DNA of 248,000 nucleotides from Hyalangium minutum (GTDB taxonomy: Bacteria; Myxococcota; Myxococcia; Myxococcales; Myxococcaceae). Below the pieces are notes generated by a model that was not told the DNA's origin, did not search any database, and was given only the letters and a program-made list of their open reading frames with translations. The first letter of the stretch is position 1. Each line of letters starts with the position of its first letter. A program made the position numbers and the translations under genes. Positions 64,304 to 74,432 of this stretch are shown piece by piece. Location of the stretch: contig NZ_JMCB01000004.1 in assembly GCF_000737315.1 (NCBI RefSeq), positions 20,001-268,000 on the forward strand, read 5' to 3'.

Positions 64304-65341
64304 TCAGGCGCGCTGGGACTTCAGCATCCAGCCGATCATCTTGTAGAGCAGCCGCGCACCCACGTTGCCGTCCCACTCGCCGCCATCGGGATCGGGGGCG
64401 ACCTCGGTCAAATCGAAGCCGACGATGGTGCGCCCCGAGCGGACCACGCCGGCAATGAGTGCCGTGGCCTGAGGGAAGGAGAGGCCGCCAGGCACGGGCG
64501 TGCCGGTGTGCGGGCAGAGCACGGGATCCAGACCGTCGATGTCGAACGAGAGGTACACCTGTTGCGGGAGGTGGGCGACGAGTTCATCCACCAACCGGTT
64601 CCAGGGCATGCCGTCGAACTGCCTCTGCTGGAGCGTGGAGTCGAAGTAGGAGCGGATGCGGCCGTTGGAGAGCTCGATGACCTGGTTCTCCTCCTCGCTC
64701 ATGTCGCGCACGGCTACCTGGACGAGCGACTTCACGCCCGGCAGGCGCTGTACCACGTTGTACATGATGGAGGCGTGGGACCAGGTGAAGCCCTCGTAGG
64801 CGTTGCGCAGGTCCGCGTGCGCATCGAGGTGGAGCACTCCGAGCCCCGGGTACTTCTCGGCGTGGGCCTGGATGGAGCCGTAGGAGATGGAGTGGTCCCC
64901 GCCGATGGAGCCCACGCGCTTGCCCTGGTCGAGCCAGTGCTGGGTGGTGCGGTAGACGTAGTCGTTCATCTTCTCGGAGAGCGCGTTGACCTCGTTGGCG
65001 GCGGCGCGGAGCTCGGGCTGGTCGGCGTGGACGCCTCCGGCCTCGATGACGAGCTGGGCGCGCTCCTTGGCGCGGGTATTCCAGGCGCGGAGATCCTCGG
65101 ACTCGGGGAGCATGGCGATGCCGCGCTCATAGGGGCGGCCGGTCTCCACGTCGAAGAGGTCGACCTGGCGGCTGGCATTGAGGACGGCGCTGGGGCCCTC
65201 GGAGGTGCCGCCGCCGTAGCTGGTGGTGGCCTCGAAGGGGACGGGGACGAGGACGACATGGGCCTCGTCGGGAGAGTGGGGGAGGCCGAAGATGCCGGAA
65301 TCAGGGGAGGCGGCGGCGCCGGGGTCGAAGTGGGTAGCCAT
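64304..65341 (-). CDS. speB: Agmatinase/ureohydrolase family
   Basis: GGDHS, DAHAD, SFDIDGLDP, GTPVPGG. Confidence 0.85.
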   Translation of the reverse strand: MATHFDPGAAASPDSGIFGLPHSPDEAHVVLVPVPFEATTSYGGGTSEGPSAVLNASRQVDLFDVETGRPYERGIAMLPESEDLRAWNTRAKERAQLVIEAGGVHADQPELRAAANEVNALSEKMNDYVYRTTQHWLDQGKRVGSIGGDHSISYGSIQAHAEKYPGLGVLHLDAHADLRNAYEGFTWSHASIMYNVVQRLPGVKSLVQVAVRDMSEEENQVIELSNGRIRSYFDSTLQQRQFDGMPWNRLVDELVAHLPQQVYLSFDIDGLDPVLCPHTGTPVPGGLSFPQATALIAGVVRSGRTIVGFDLTEVAPDPDGGEWDGNVGARLLYKMIGWMLKSQRA

Positions 65342-65469
65342 GGCGCGGCGCAGGATATGGAGTCAGCCGGGGTTGGCAATGGCCTTCGGTCGGCGCTCGA
65401 ACGGGTCCTTGCTGCGTGGGTAGACTGGCTCACTCTGCGGAAGGGCGCAGACCGAGGGGGAGTCCACAT

Positions 65470-65937
65470 ATGCGAGAGGCTGTGAAGCGGTTTGGCTGGG
65501 GGCTTGTGTTGGGTGCGGCGCTGGTGGGGTGTGGAGGGGATGAGGAGGAAGCTCCCGTCATCCAGACGATGCGGGTGGTGGAGCACGCGAGCACGGATGC
65601 CGTCACCGACAATTCGCCCCCGGGAGACTCCGTGGGGGACGTGCTGACCTTCGCGAACGAGCTGTACGACGAGACGAACACGCGGAAGGTGGGCACAAAC
65701 CAGGGCTACTGCGTGCGGGTGGTGGCGGGGCAGGCCTGGGAGTGTCTGTGGACCGCTTTCCTGGAGGGCGGGCAAATCTCGGTGGAGGGCCCCTTCTACG
65801 ATGTGAAGGGGTCCACCCTGTCCATCACGGGCGGCACCGGGAACTTCAATGGCGCCCGTGGGCAGATGCAGCTGGAGTTCCGCAACCCGCAGGGCACGGA
65901 GTTCGACTTCATCTACCAGGTCCTGCTGGACCGCTGA
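65470..65937 (+). CDS. Allene-oxide-cyclase/dirigent-like barrel lipoprotein
   Basis: Lipobox LVGC; SVGDVLTFANELYD; ITGGTGNFNGARG. Confidence 0.65.
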   Translation: MREAVKRFGWGLVLGAALVGCGGDEEEAPVIQTMRVVEHASTDAVTDNSPPGDSVGDVLTFANELYDETNTRKVGTNQGYCVRVVAGQAWECLWTAFLEGGQISVEGPFYDVKGSTLSITGGTGNFNGARGQMQLEFRNPQGTEFDFIYQVLLDR

Positions 65938-65955
65938 GGTGAAGGCGCTGTGGGC

Positions 65956-68760
65956 TCAGGGGCCGAAGCCCACCACCAGGGCCGGCGTGGTGCGGTAGAG
66001 GTACCCGCCGTTGCCCAGCTGGCCCAGCCAGTTGTTGCCCCACACCGACAGCGTGCCGGTCTGGCTCAGCGTCATCGAGGACAGGTTGCCCGCGATGACC
66101 TTTTGCACGCCACTCACCCCCGTGAGCTGCTTGATCGTCGTGCCGGGGATGGTCGTCCCCGCGCCCGCCTGGCTCTGGGAGTTGCTGCCCCAGCCCCACG
66201 CCGTGCCGTCCGTCTTCACCGCCAGCGTGTGGCTCGAGCCCGCGGACACCCCCGCCACGCTGCTCAGGGCCGTCACCCGCACCGGCGTGCTGCGCGAGGT
66301 GTACGTGCCGTCCCCCAGCTGGCCCGAGCCGTTGTTCCCCCACACCCAGAGCGTCCCGTCGCTCTTGACCGCCAGCGAGTGGTCGTCTCCCGCTGCCACC
66401 GCCACCACGCCCGTCATCCCCGGCACCTGCACCGGCGACGTGCGGCGCGTGGTCGTCCCATCTCCCAGCTGGCCGTAGTCATTGCGTCCCCACGCCCACA
66501 CCGTGCCGTCCGACTTCAGCACCAACGTGTGCGCATAGCCCGCCGCCATCGCCGCCACGTTCGTCATCCCCGGCACCAGCACCGGCGAATAGCGCTGAGT
66601 CGTCGTACCGTCCCCCAGTTGTCCGTAGATGTTGCCGCCCCACGCCCACATCGTCCCGTCGCTCTTCAGCACCAGCGAGTGGAAGTAGCCTGCCTTGATC
66701 GCCGTCACCCCCGTCAGGTTCGGTACCTGGAGGGGCGAGTAGTGGTACTCGGTGCCATTGAGGGGCCCGATGCCCAGCGAGCCATAGCCTCCATAGCCCC
66801 AGGCCCACACGGTGCCGTCCGCCTTCAACGCCAGCGAGTACATCTGGCCCGCCGCCACCGCCGTCACGCTGCTCAGCCCCGTCACCTGCGCCGGCAGGTT
66901 CTGGGCCGTTTGCGGATGCCCCAGCGGGAATGCGTAGGAGAGGCCCCCGCCCCACGACCAGAGCGTGCCATCCGAGCGCAGCGCCAGCATGTGCCAGTAG
67001 CCCACCGCTGCCGCCGTCACGTTCGTCAGGCCCTGCACCGTCACCGGGGTGGTGGTGTGCACGATCTTCCCATCCCCCAGCTCGTAATCATCGTTGCCGC
67101 CCCAGGCCCAGATCCGCCCGTCCGAGTGCTTCGCCACCGAGTGGGAGCCTCCAGCTGCCACCGCCACCACCCCGCTCAGCCCCACCACCTGCACCGGCGT
67201 GTTGCGCTGGGTGGTCGTCCCATCGCCCAGCTGGCCCAGGTTGTTGCTGCCCCACGTCCACACCGTGCCGTCCGACTTCAGCGCCACCGAGTGGTTGTAC
67301 CCCGTGGCCACCGCCACCACCCCGCTCAGCCCCACCACCTGCACCGGTGTGTTGCGGCTGGTGGTCGTCCCATCGCCCAGCTGGCCCGAGCCGTTGCTGC
67401 CCCAGGCCCACACGGTGCCGTCCGTCTTCAGCGCCAGCGAGTAGCCCATCCCCGCCACCACCGCCTTCACCCCGCTCAGCCCCACCACCTGTCCCGGCGT
67501 GTTGCGGCTGGTGGTCGTCCCATCGCCCAGCTCGCCATTCCAGTTGGAGCCCCAGCTCCACACCGTGCCCGCCGGCGAGGTCACCGCCAGCGTGTGGTAG
67601 TCGCCCGCGTCCGCTGCCACCACGCCGCTCAAGCCCTGCACCTGCGCGGGCAGGGAGCGGGACGTGGTCGTGCCATCCCCCAGCTGGCCGTACATGTTGT
67701 TGCCCCAGATCCACAGCGTCCCGTCACTCTTCACCGCCAGCGAGTGCCTCGAGCCCCCAGCCAGCACAGCCACCGAGCTCAGCCCTACCGCCTGCACCGG
67801 GTTGCCGGGGTAGTTCGTCGTCCCGTCGCCCAGCTGCCCATCGTTGTTGCTGCCCCAGCCCCACACCGTGCCGTCCTGCGTCAGCGCCAGCTGGTGCCCG
67901 CCCCCGGAGGCCAGCGACACCACGCTGCTCAGCCCCCACACCTGCGTCCGCTGGCCGCGGAGGGTGGAGTACCCATCCGTGTAGTCTCCCTGGTTGCTGC
68001 CCCACGTCCACACCGTGCCATCCGCCGCGATGCTCAGCGACAGCCGATCACCACTGCTCACGGTGGCCCGGCTCGAGGTGGGAGGCGGCGGAGGCGTGGC
68101 GGTCCCTACCTCGAAGACCAGGTCGTCGCGATCATCGTAGCCCCCGGAGGTGCAAGGGGCGGCCGTCCCCGAGTACCGGAACGAGGCGCGCACCGCCTGC
68201 ATGCTGCCGCCGGTCGAGGGCAGGGTGGTGTTGGCCACCAGCACCTGCGTCCCCGCTCCAGACGGCACCAGCGTGGTGACGAAGGTCCACGACGGGTTGC
68301 TCGCGTCCGCCGCCACGTAGATGTCCAGGTAGTCCGAGCTGTAGCCGGAATACGCCCAGACGGTGGCCTCCACCGTGACCGCCTTGCCCGGCGCCAGGGC
68401 CGTGCCGTCCACCGTGGAGACCTTCAGCCGATCCAGCGACTCATCCGAGTGGAACATGCCCGAGGGGCCGTCCGCACAGCTGCCGCCCAGCGTGTTGGGG
68501 GCATGGGACTCTGGGCCGACTGAACCGCGGCCCAGTACCAACGACGGCCCCGTGTCACAGCCCGAAGCTCCCGCGGTGCACTTGGGCGCCTGGAGCGCCG
68601 GATCGTAGCTCGCCGTCTGCACCAGGGCCGCCGAGGCCGTGGCGGCCTGGAGGGGGCTGACCGGCGCCTGCTCCGCTGCCGTCCCGAGCTCTGCTCCACA
68701 GCCGCTCGCCAGCGCTCCCAGCAGCAGCCACAGTGTTCTCGCACTCTTCGCTGTCCGCAT
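65956..68760 (-). CDS. RCC1-repeat lipoprotein with N-terminal myxobacterial Cys module
   Basis: Many [19 protein letters not shown] repeats. Confidence 0.92.
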   Translation of the reverse strand: MRTAKSARTLWLLLGALASGCGAELGTAAEQAPVSPLQAATASAALVQTASYDPALQAPKCTAGASGCDTGPSLVLGRGSVGPESHAPNTLGGSCADGPSGMFHSDESLDRLKVSTVDGTALAPGKAVTVEATVWAYSGYSSDYLDIYVAADASNPSWTFVTTLVPSGAGTQVLVANTTLPSTGGSMQAVRASFRYSGTAAPCTSGGYDDRDDLVFEVGTATPPPPPTSSRATVSSGDRLSLSIAADGTVWTWGSNQGDYTDGYSTLRGQRTQVWGLSSVVSLASGGGHQLALTQDGTVWGWGSNNDGQLGDGTTNYPGNPVQAVGLSSVAVLAGGSRHSLAVKSDGTLWIWGNNMYGQLGDGTTTSRSLPAQVQGLSGVVAADAGDYHTLAVTSPAGTVWSWGSNWNGELGDGTTTSRNTPGQVVGLSGVKAVVAGMGYSLALKTDGTVWAWGSNGSGQLGDGTTTSRNTPVQVVGLSGVVAVATGYNHSVALKSDGTVWTWGSNNLGQLGDGTTTQRNTPVQVVGLSGVVAVAAGGSHSVAKHSDGRIWAWGGNDDYELGDGKIVHTTTPVTVQGLTNVTAAAVGYWHMLALRSDGTLWSWGGGLSYAFPLGHPQTAQNLPAQVTGLSSVTAVAAGQMYSLALKADGTVWAWGYGGYGSLGIGPLNGTEYHYSPLQVPNLTGVTAIKAGYFHSLVLKSDGTMWAWGGNIYGQLGDGTTTQRYSPVLVPGMTNVAAMAAGYAHTLVLKSDGTVWAWGRNDYGQLGDGTTTRRTSPVQVPGMTGVVAVAAGDDHSLAVKSDGTLWVWGNNGSGQLGDGTYTSRSTPVRVTALSSVAGVSAGSSHTLAVKTDGTAWGWGSNSQSQAGAGTTIPGTTIKQLTGVSGVQKVIAGNLSSMTLSQTGTLSVWGNNWLGQLGNGGYLYRTTPALVVGFGP

Positions 68761-68909
68761 CCGTTTTGCTCCCTTTTCGAGCACACGCTTTGAACGTGCT
68801 TACCGGTGAAAAACGGTAAAAAACGTACTTCTCGCGAAGTCCGCCAGTAATGAAATTATCTGATAGACTTGGAGTGTGGGTGAGGTGAGGAATCGCTGGG
68901 AGGAAGGAC

Positions 68910-69899
68910 TCACTCCCAGTGCAGGACTACCTTGCCCACAGCCTCGTTGCTCGCCATGCGCGTGAGCGCGTCCCGGAGGTCCGTCATCGGCACCACGGCG
69001 TCGATGACGGGCTTCAGCGCTCCCGAGCGGAACAGCGGGAGCAAGTGACGCTCCGCCGCTTGGGCCAGGGCGATCTTCTCCTCCAGCGGACGGCTGCGCA
69101 GCACCGTGCCGGTAATCCGCAGGCGCTTCATCAGGATCAGCCCCAGGTTCACCTGCGTCTTGTTGCCCGCCACCAGCCCCACGAGCATCGCCCGGCCCTG
69201 CGGTGCCAGCGCCTCCAGCGTCTCCGGGACGTAGTCCCCGCCCACGAGATCCAACGCCACGTCCGCGCCTCGGCCTCCCGTGGCCTTCTTCACGGCCTCG
69301 GCGAAGCGGGGTGGGGTGCCGTCCACATGCACCGTGTGCTCCACGCCCCACTCGCGGGCTCGCTCCAGCTTCTTCGCGTTGCGCCCCGTGCCCACCACCT
69401 GCACACCCATCGCCCGGCACAGCTGCGCCGCTGCCGAGCCCACGCCACTCGCCACCGCGTGCACCAGCGCTGTCTCGCCCGGCCGCATGCCTCCTTGCAG
69501 CACCAGCGCGTCGAACGCCGTCAGGTACACCTCCGGTAGCGCTGCTGCGTCCGTGAAGTCCATGCCTTCGGGCATGGGCAGCGCCTCACGCTCGTGGACT
69601 GTGAGCTGCTCCGCCCAGGCCCCGCCTCCCACCAGTCCCATCACCCGATCCCCAGGCTTGAAGCGGCGGCACCGAGGCCCCACCGCGAGCACCTCGCCCG
69701 CGTACTCCAGGCCCGGAACGTCCGGCGGCACATCCGGCGGAGCCGCGTAGTGCCCCTTCACCTGCAACAGGTCCGCCCGGTTGAGTGCCGTGGCTCGAAC
69801 CCTGACGAGCAATTCCGAGGGCCCCGGTGTCAGATCCGGACGATCTTCCAGCGAGAGGACCTCGGGACCGCCTGCGCCTGTGGTGCGGAAGACTTTCAT
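68910..69899 (-). CDS. NAD(P)H-quinone oxidoreductase (zeta-crystallin/MDR family)
   Basis: ALNRAD, HAVASGVG. Confidence 0.9.
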   Translation of the reverse strand: MKVFRTTGAGGPEVLSLEDRPDLTPGPSELLVRVRATALNRADLLQVKGHYAAPPDVPPDVPGLEYAGEVLAVGPRCRRFKPGDRVMGLVGGGAWAEQLTVHEREALPMPEGMDFTDAAALPEVYLTAFDALVLQGGMRPGETALVHAVASGVGSAAAQLCRAMGVQVVGTGRNAKKLERAREWGVEHTVHVDGTPPRFAEAVKKATGGRGADVALDLVGGDYVPETLEALAPQGRAMLVGLVAGNKTQVNLGLILMKRLRITGTVLRSRPLEEKIALAQAAERHLLPLFRSGALKPVIDAVVPMTDLRDALTRMASNEAVGKVVLHWE

Positions 69900-69911
69900 G
69901 CGTGCCTCGCT

Positions 69912-71039
69912 TCAGCCGTTCCATTCCGTGTAGTGCGTCGTCGCCTCGCCCATCGCCAGCCCGTGCCGCCGCGCCACCTGGAACATGTGGGGAAACGCCG
70001 CCAGCTGATACCAGAACGGCTTCTGATCTTCCCTCCGCCAGAGTGAGTCGCGTGCGGCGCTGAACGCTTGCCACCACTCGCGCAGCTCCCGCCACGAGCG
70101 CAGCCGAGGCAGCGCCGCCGTCCACATGAGCATGCCCAACATCACCGGCTTCTCCAGATCGGGCTCGGCGATTCCCTCGCCGAACATCGCCCGCCCGAGC
70201 CTCCCATCCTCCGGGAACAGGAGCATGCCGCTCGTCATCCGGGGATTGCACTCCAGCGCGTACAGCGCTCCGCTCGCCGTCTCGATGAAGTCAAACCCGA
70301 GGCTCCCCGTGAAGCCCGTGCCCTCCAGGAAGCGCAGCACCCAGTCGCGGCTGCCCGCGTGGGCGATGGGCTCGTAATAGAACCCGGGCCCTCCCGGGAA
70401 CCGATACCGCGGCTGGTAGCAAACATGCGCCACCAGCGCTCCCTCCCAGACGAGGCTGGAGGTGCACAGCTCGGTGCCCTCGATGAACTGCTGGGCCAGC
70501 AGGCGCTGCTGGAAATCGAGCCCCCTCCGCGAAGCTCCCGCCTGCAGCAGCCGCGTCTTCTGTCCGAAGCGCGTGAACGCAGGCTTCACGATGAGCCGGC
70601 CGTGCTCCCGCAGGAGCGCCTCCAACTGCGAAGGGCCCTCCAGGGGCCACGTCTTCGGCGCGGGCAGGCCTCGGGCGGACAACCGCTGGTTGAACGCCCA
70701 CTTGTCATGCCACTCCGCGAGCTGCTCGAAGCGGCCCGCCACCACGAGGCAGCGCTCCCTCAGCCGCTCCCAGTGCCGCGCCACATAGAGGACCTCCTCC
70801 CCCGTGGGCACGAGCGCATCCACCCCATGCTCCTCGATGAGCGAGAGCAAGCGTTGGATGAACGCCTCCTCCTCGAAGCGAGGCGAGGGAATCTGGAACG
70901 TCCTCGCCACGTCCCGCGAGTGCCGCATCGGGTACGTCGGGAAGGTGTCGCAGACGAACACCTCGTGTCCCGCCCGCTTCAGCTGCCGCACCGCCCCAAG
71001 CGCGGGGATTCCTCGGGCTCCGGTCAGCAGGACTCTCAC
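69912..71039 (-). CDS. ATP-grasp domain protein
   Basis: HDKWAF, VKPAFTRFG, QQFIEG, LECNPR; GTGA overlap with upstream gene. Confidence 0.82.
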   Translation of the reverse strand: MRVLLTGARGIPALGAVRQLKRAGHEVFVCDTFPTYPMRHSRDVARTFQIPSPRFEEEAFIQRLLSLIEEHGVDALVPTGEEVLYVARHWERLRERCLVVAGRFEQLAEWHDKWAFNQRLSARGLPAPKTWPLEGPSQLEALLREHGRLIVKPAFTRFGQKTRLLQAGASRRGLDFQQRLLAQQFIEGTELCTSSLVWEGALVAHVCYQPRYRFPGGPGFYYEPIAHAGSRDWVLRFLEGTGFTGSLGFDFIETASGALYALECNPRMTSGMLLFPEDGRLGRAMFGEGIAEPDLEKPVMLGMLMWTAALPRLRSWRELREWWQAFSAARDSLWRREDQKPFWYQLAAFPHMFQVARRHGLAMGEATTHYTEWNG

Positions 71040-71971
71040 GATGGGTACTGACGCGGAATGTCCTTCAGCGGCTCCGGGCCCGGCTCCTGCGCGGGCATCG
71101 GCCCCGTGGTCCACTGACGGAGGTAGTGAAGGATGTACGAGCGGCGCTGCTCACCCGGCGGAGACAGCGCGGGCAGGTGGAGCCACGACACGTCCGGGTA
71201 CGCGTGGTGGTTGTAGTCCAGCTCGCGGTGCAGGTTGAGCCAGCCATACGGCCACGGCGCCTCCAGGTTGAACGCGCCCTTGATGACGTCCCTCGGCGCG
71301 TACGAGTGCTCCAGGTAGTTCACCCCAGACCAGAGCGCTCCCGCTGCCACGTAGAACAACCCCAGCCGCCCCAGTGACAGCCCGGACAGCACGCTCGCCC
71401 CTGTTATCGCCACGGCGCACAGCAGCAGCTCCGCGCGGATGCGCCCGATGCTGATCTCCGGATGGCGGAAGATGGCCTCCGCGATGTGGAGCTTCTCGGA
71501 CATGCGGCGGAACACCCCCGGCGCCACGAGCAGCAGCAACAGGAACGGAGGGATGACCCAGTACCAGAACCCCACCAGCATCAGGTACCAGGCGATCGTC
71601 CGCCCCACCCGCGAGTGGTGCGGGTAGTACAGGTCGAACATCTCCTGGTCGCTGCGGTTCTTCAGGTGGTGGCTCCAGTGGGTGATGGAGAGCATCGACG
71701 CCGACATCGGGAACAGCAGCCCGCACAGCACCCCCAGCCACCGGTTCCACACCGGATTCGGGTGCAGCTTGAGGTGCGAGGCCTCGTGCATCAGGGCGAA
71801 CTGTGTCTGGAAGAGCAGGGCGTAGGCCCCCACGCACAGGCCCAGCGCCCAGCCGCTCTCCACCCGCGCTCCGAGGAGCAGCAGCCCCACCAGCGCCAAG
71901 AACACGCTCAGCGTCAGGAACGTGTTCAGGCGGTAGGGGATGCTGCGGAAGTCTCTCGGCGCGCTGCTCAT
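71036..71971 (-). CDS. Membrane fatty-acid desaturase family protein
   Basis: His boxes HEASH, HWSHH, HRELDYNHH. Confidence 0.85.
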   Translation of the reverse strand: MSSAPRDFRSIPYRLNTFLTLSVFLALVGLLLLGARVESGWALGLCVGAYALLFQTQFALMHEASHLKLHPNPVWNRWLGVLCGLLFPMSASMLSITHWSHHLKNRSDQEMFDLYYPHHSRVGRTIAWYLMLVGFWYWVIPPFLLLLLVAPGVFRRMSEKLHIAEAIFRHPEISIGRIRAELLLCAVAITGASVLSGLSLGRLGLFYVAAGALWSGVNYLEHSYAPRDVIKGAFNLEAPWPYGWLNLHRELDYNHHAYPDVSWLHLPALSPPGEQRRSYILHYLRQWTTGPMPAQEPGPEPLKDIPRQYPS

Positions 71972-72004
71972 ACGGGACCCCAGTATGACCCAAGTGGCTC
72001 GGGG

Positions 72005-72625
72005 TCAGCGACGCTCGCGACGATCTCCCACCACTCTTGCGGGAACCCCCGCCACGATGGCCCACTCGGGCACGTCTCGCGTGACGATCGCCCCCATGCC
72101 CACCACCGCGTGGGCGCCAATCGTCACCCCGTCCGTGACGCCCGCGTTCGCGCCGATCCACACGTCCGCGCCCACCCGGATGCCTCGCGACGTCACCGGC
72201 TGCTCGCGCAGGGGCCGATCCGGATCCATCCCGTGGTTGAAGGCGTAGAGCGTGGCCCCCGTCGCGATGCGCGTCCCATCTCCAATGTGGATGCCCGCAG
72301 CGCCTCCATCGAGGCTCGCCCGCGCGTTGATGCTCACCTGTCGCCCCAGAGTCACCGGCCCGTGGACGAACACATCCGCCGCGATGCTCGAGCCTGGACC
72401 GATGACGAGCGTCCGCCCGGGCTCCGCGAACAGACGGGCCTCGGGCGCCACGAAGCAGCCCTCGGCGATCTGGATGGTCTCCAGCTCCATGAAGCGCGCC
72501 TGCACCTCGCGCTGCCACTCCTCAGCCCATTTCCGGTGCCGGGGCTTCAGCGAGAAGTACAGCCACGGCATCCACGAGAGTCGCTGCTTGTGCTGCTCCC
72601 GGCGGCGTGCGTCCAGGTCTTCCAC
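72005..72625 (-). CDS. Left-handed beta-helix (hexapeptide) acyltransferase
   Basis: IHIGDGTRIA, VGADVWIGANA, VAGVPARVV. Confidence 0.88.
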   Translation of the reverse strand: MEDLDARRREQHKQRLSWMPWLYFSLKPRHRKWAEEWQREVQARFMELETIQIAEGCFVAPEARLFAEPGRTLVIGPGSSIAADVFVHGPVTLGRQVSINARASLDGGAAGIHIGDGTRIATGATLYAFNHGMDPDRPLREQPVTSRGIRVGADVWIGANAGVTDGVTIGAHAVVGMGAIVTRDVPEWAIVAGVPARVVGDRRERR

Positions 72626-72647
72626 GAGCGTGCGAGCTCCTTGGGCC

Positions 72648-74432
72648 TCAGCGCCCGATCGCGAACGGCACCTGGATGGGGACTCTCGGGCGCAACGGAT
72701 CCGCGGGGAAGGTCACCTTGCTCATCTTCGCCTTCAAGCACTGAACCAGGCTGGGCGTGAGCGGCTTCGTGCCGGTGATCTCGATGTCGGAGAGCGAGCC
72801 TGAGGTCTCGACCTTGCTCACGATGGTCACCCGGGTGCCCAGGGGAATTCCCTCGGCATGCTCATCCACGCACTGCTTGAGCTTGCCAAGGTGAGGCGCC
72901 ATGGTCGCGTTGAGGTCCTCGGTCGTGAGTTGGCCCGGGACGCTCACCTTCTTAGAAGTGGGCTTCTTGGCCTTTCCCTTGGACGGAGACTTCGCAACCT
73001 CCGCAGGCTCCTCGGGAAGTGGCTTGGGTGGCTCGACCGCAGCCTGCGCGGCTTCGGGCGGATTGGCCACCGGTGGAGGGGGGGGCGTGGGAGCTGGCTG
73101 TGCGACCACAGGCTGCGCCACTGGCGGGGTCGTCACGATGCCCGGCGCTGGAGCCTCGGGCCGAGACCTCAAGTACCAAGCCGCTCCTCCTCCGAGGGCC
73201 AGCAGCAAGACCGCCGCGAAGGCTCCTACGGCTGCAGAGAGCCCGGTGCTCCGAGCAGGAGCCGTGCTCACCGGCGCAGGTGGGCTCACCAGGGCGGGCG
73301 CGCTGACGGGCGCCGTCACCACGGGGATGCCGTGGGGATCCGACGGCCGGATCAGTGTCTTTTCCAGCCCTACTAGATCCGTCTGCAGCGGGCGGCGGAC
73401 CTCTGGCTCGGCGGACGGCAGGATCGCCGCCAGCTCCGTGAGCGAGGGCACCTTCGTCTTCTGCTCGACGTGGGACGCGCCGAACAGGTTCTGCATGTAG
73501 TGCGCGAGCTGCGATGTACCCGGCACCGAAGGCGTCACCCGCAGGAACTCTTCCAGGTCCGCCCGCATCTCCGCAGCGCTCGCGTAGCGATCCTCGGGGC
73601 GGCGCTCCAGCGCCTTCATCACGATCCGATCCAGCGCTGGCGGCACGTCCGGACGCCGCTCGCTCGGTGGCGGAATGGGCTGCGCCATCAGCGCCAGCAG
73701 CACGCCGATCTCGTTGTCCTTCTCGAACACGCGGCGCACCGTGAGCAGCTCGTAGAAGGTGACGCCCAGCGAGAACAGATCGCTGCGGGCATCGATCTGC
73801 TCACCCCGGGCCTGCTCGGGGGACATGTAGCCCCACTTGCCCTTGAGCAGCCCCGGCTGCGTCTGCGTCATCCGCGACGAGGCCTTGGCGATGCCGAAGT
73901 CCAGCACCTTCACCATTCCCTGGAAGGTGACGAAGATGTTCGAGGGGGAGATGTCTCGGTGCACCAGCCCCAGCGGCTGGCCCTGCTCCTGGTAGCTGTG
74001 GGCGAACTCCAGACCCTCCAGCGCGGAGAGGATGATGCGAGCGGCGATGGCGATGGGCACGCCCTCACCCCGGGCGTGCGACGCGGTGATGACCGCGTCC
74101 AGGTCCTCGCCCGCCAGGTACTCCATGCAGATGTAGTAACGGTTGTCCGCCACCCCCAGATCCGAGATCTGCACGATGTTCGGGTGGTGCAGCCGCGCCG
74201 CCAGCCGCGCCTCGTCCAGGAACATGGAGACGAAGTCCCGCGACTGGGTGAAGTGATCCAGCATGCACTTGATCACCACGTCGCGCTCGAAGCCCTCGGC
74301 GCCCAGTTGCTTGGCGAGGAAGATCTCCGCCATGCCGCCCTCGGCGAGCTTGCGCAGCAGCACGTAGTTGCCGAAGCGGCGGGGCGTGGTGACCGGCCGT
74401 GTCAGGGGGATCACCGCGGGGGGGGAGCTCAT
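72648..74432 (-). CDS. Membrane Ser/Thr protein kinase with AgmX/PglI-like C-terminal domain
   Basis: GGMAE, VVIK, HRDISPSN, DFG; TM; periplasmic TonB-C-like domain. Confidence 0.93.
   Translation of the reverse strand: MSSPPAVIPLTRPVTTPRRFGNYVLLRKLAEGGMAEIFLAKQLGAEGFERDVVIKCMLDHFTQSRDFVSMFLDEARLAARLHHPNIVQISDLGVADNRYYICMEYLAGEDLDAVITASHARGEGVPIAIAARIILSALEGLEFAHSYQEQGQPLGLVHRDISPSNIFVTFQGMVKVLDFGIAKASSRMTQTQPGLLKGKWGYMSPEQARGEQIDARSDLFSLGVTFYELLTVRRVFEKDNEIGVLLALMAQPIPPPSERRPDVPPALDRIVMKALERRPEDRYASAAEMRADLEEFLRVTPSVPGTSQLAHYMQNLFGASHVEQKTKVPSLTELAAILPSAEPEVRRPLQTDLVGLEKTLIRPSDPHGIPVVTAPVSAPALVSPPAPVSTAPARSTGLSAAVGAFAAVLLLALGGGAAWYLRSRPEAPAPGIVTTPPVAQPVVAQPAPTPPPPPVANPPEAAQAAVEPPKPLPEEPAEVAKSPSKGKAKKPTSKKVSVPGQLTTEDLNATMAPHLGKLKQCVDEHAEGIPLGTRVTIVSKVETSGSLSDIEITGTKPLTPSLVQCLKAKMSKVTFPADPLRPRVPIQVPFAIGR

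Noticed and set aside
66000-67900. Near-identical DNA repeats as a repeat element or CRISPR
   Set aside because: They are in-frame RCC1 coding repeats
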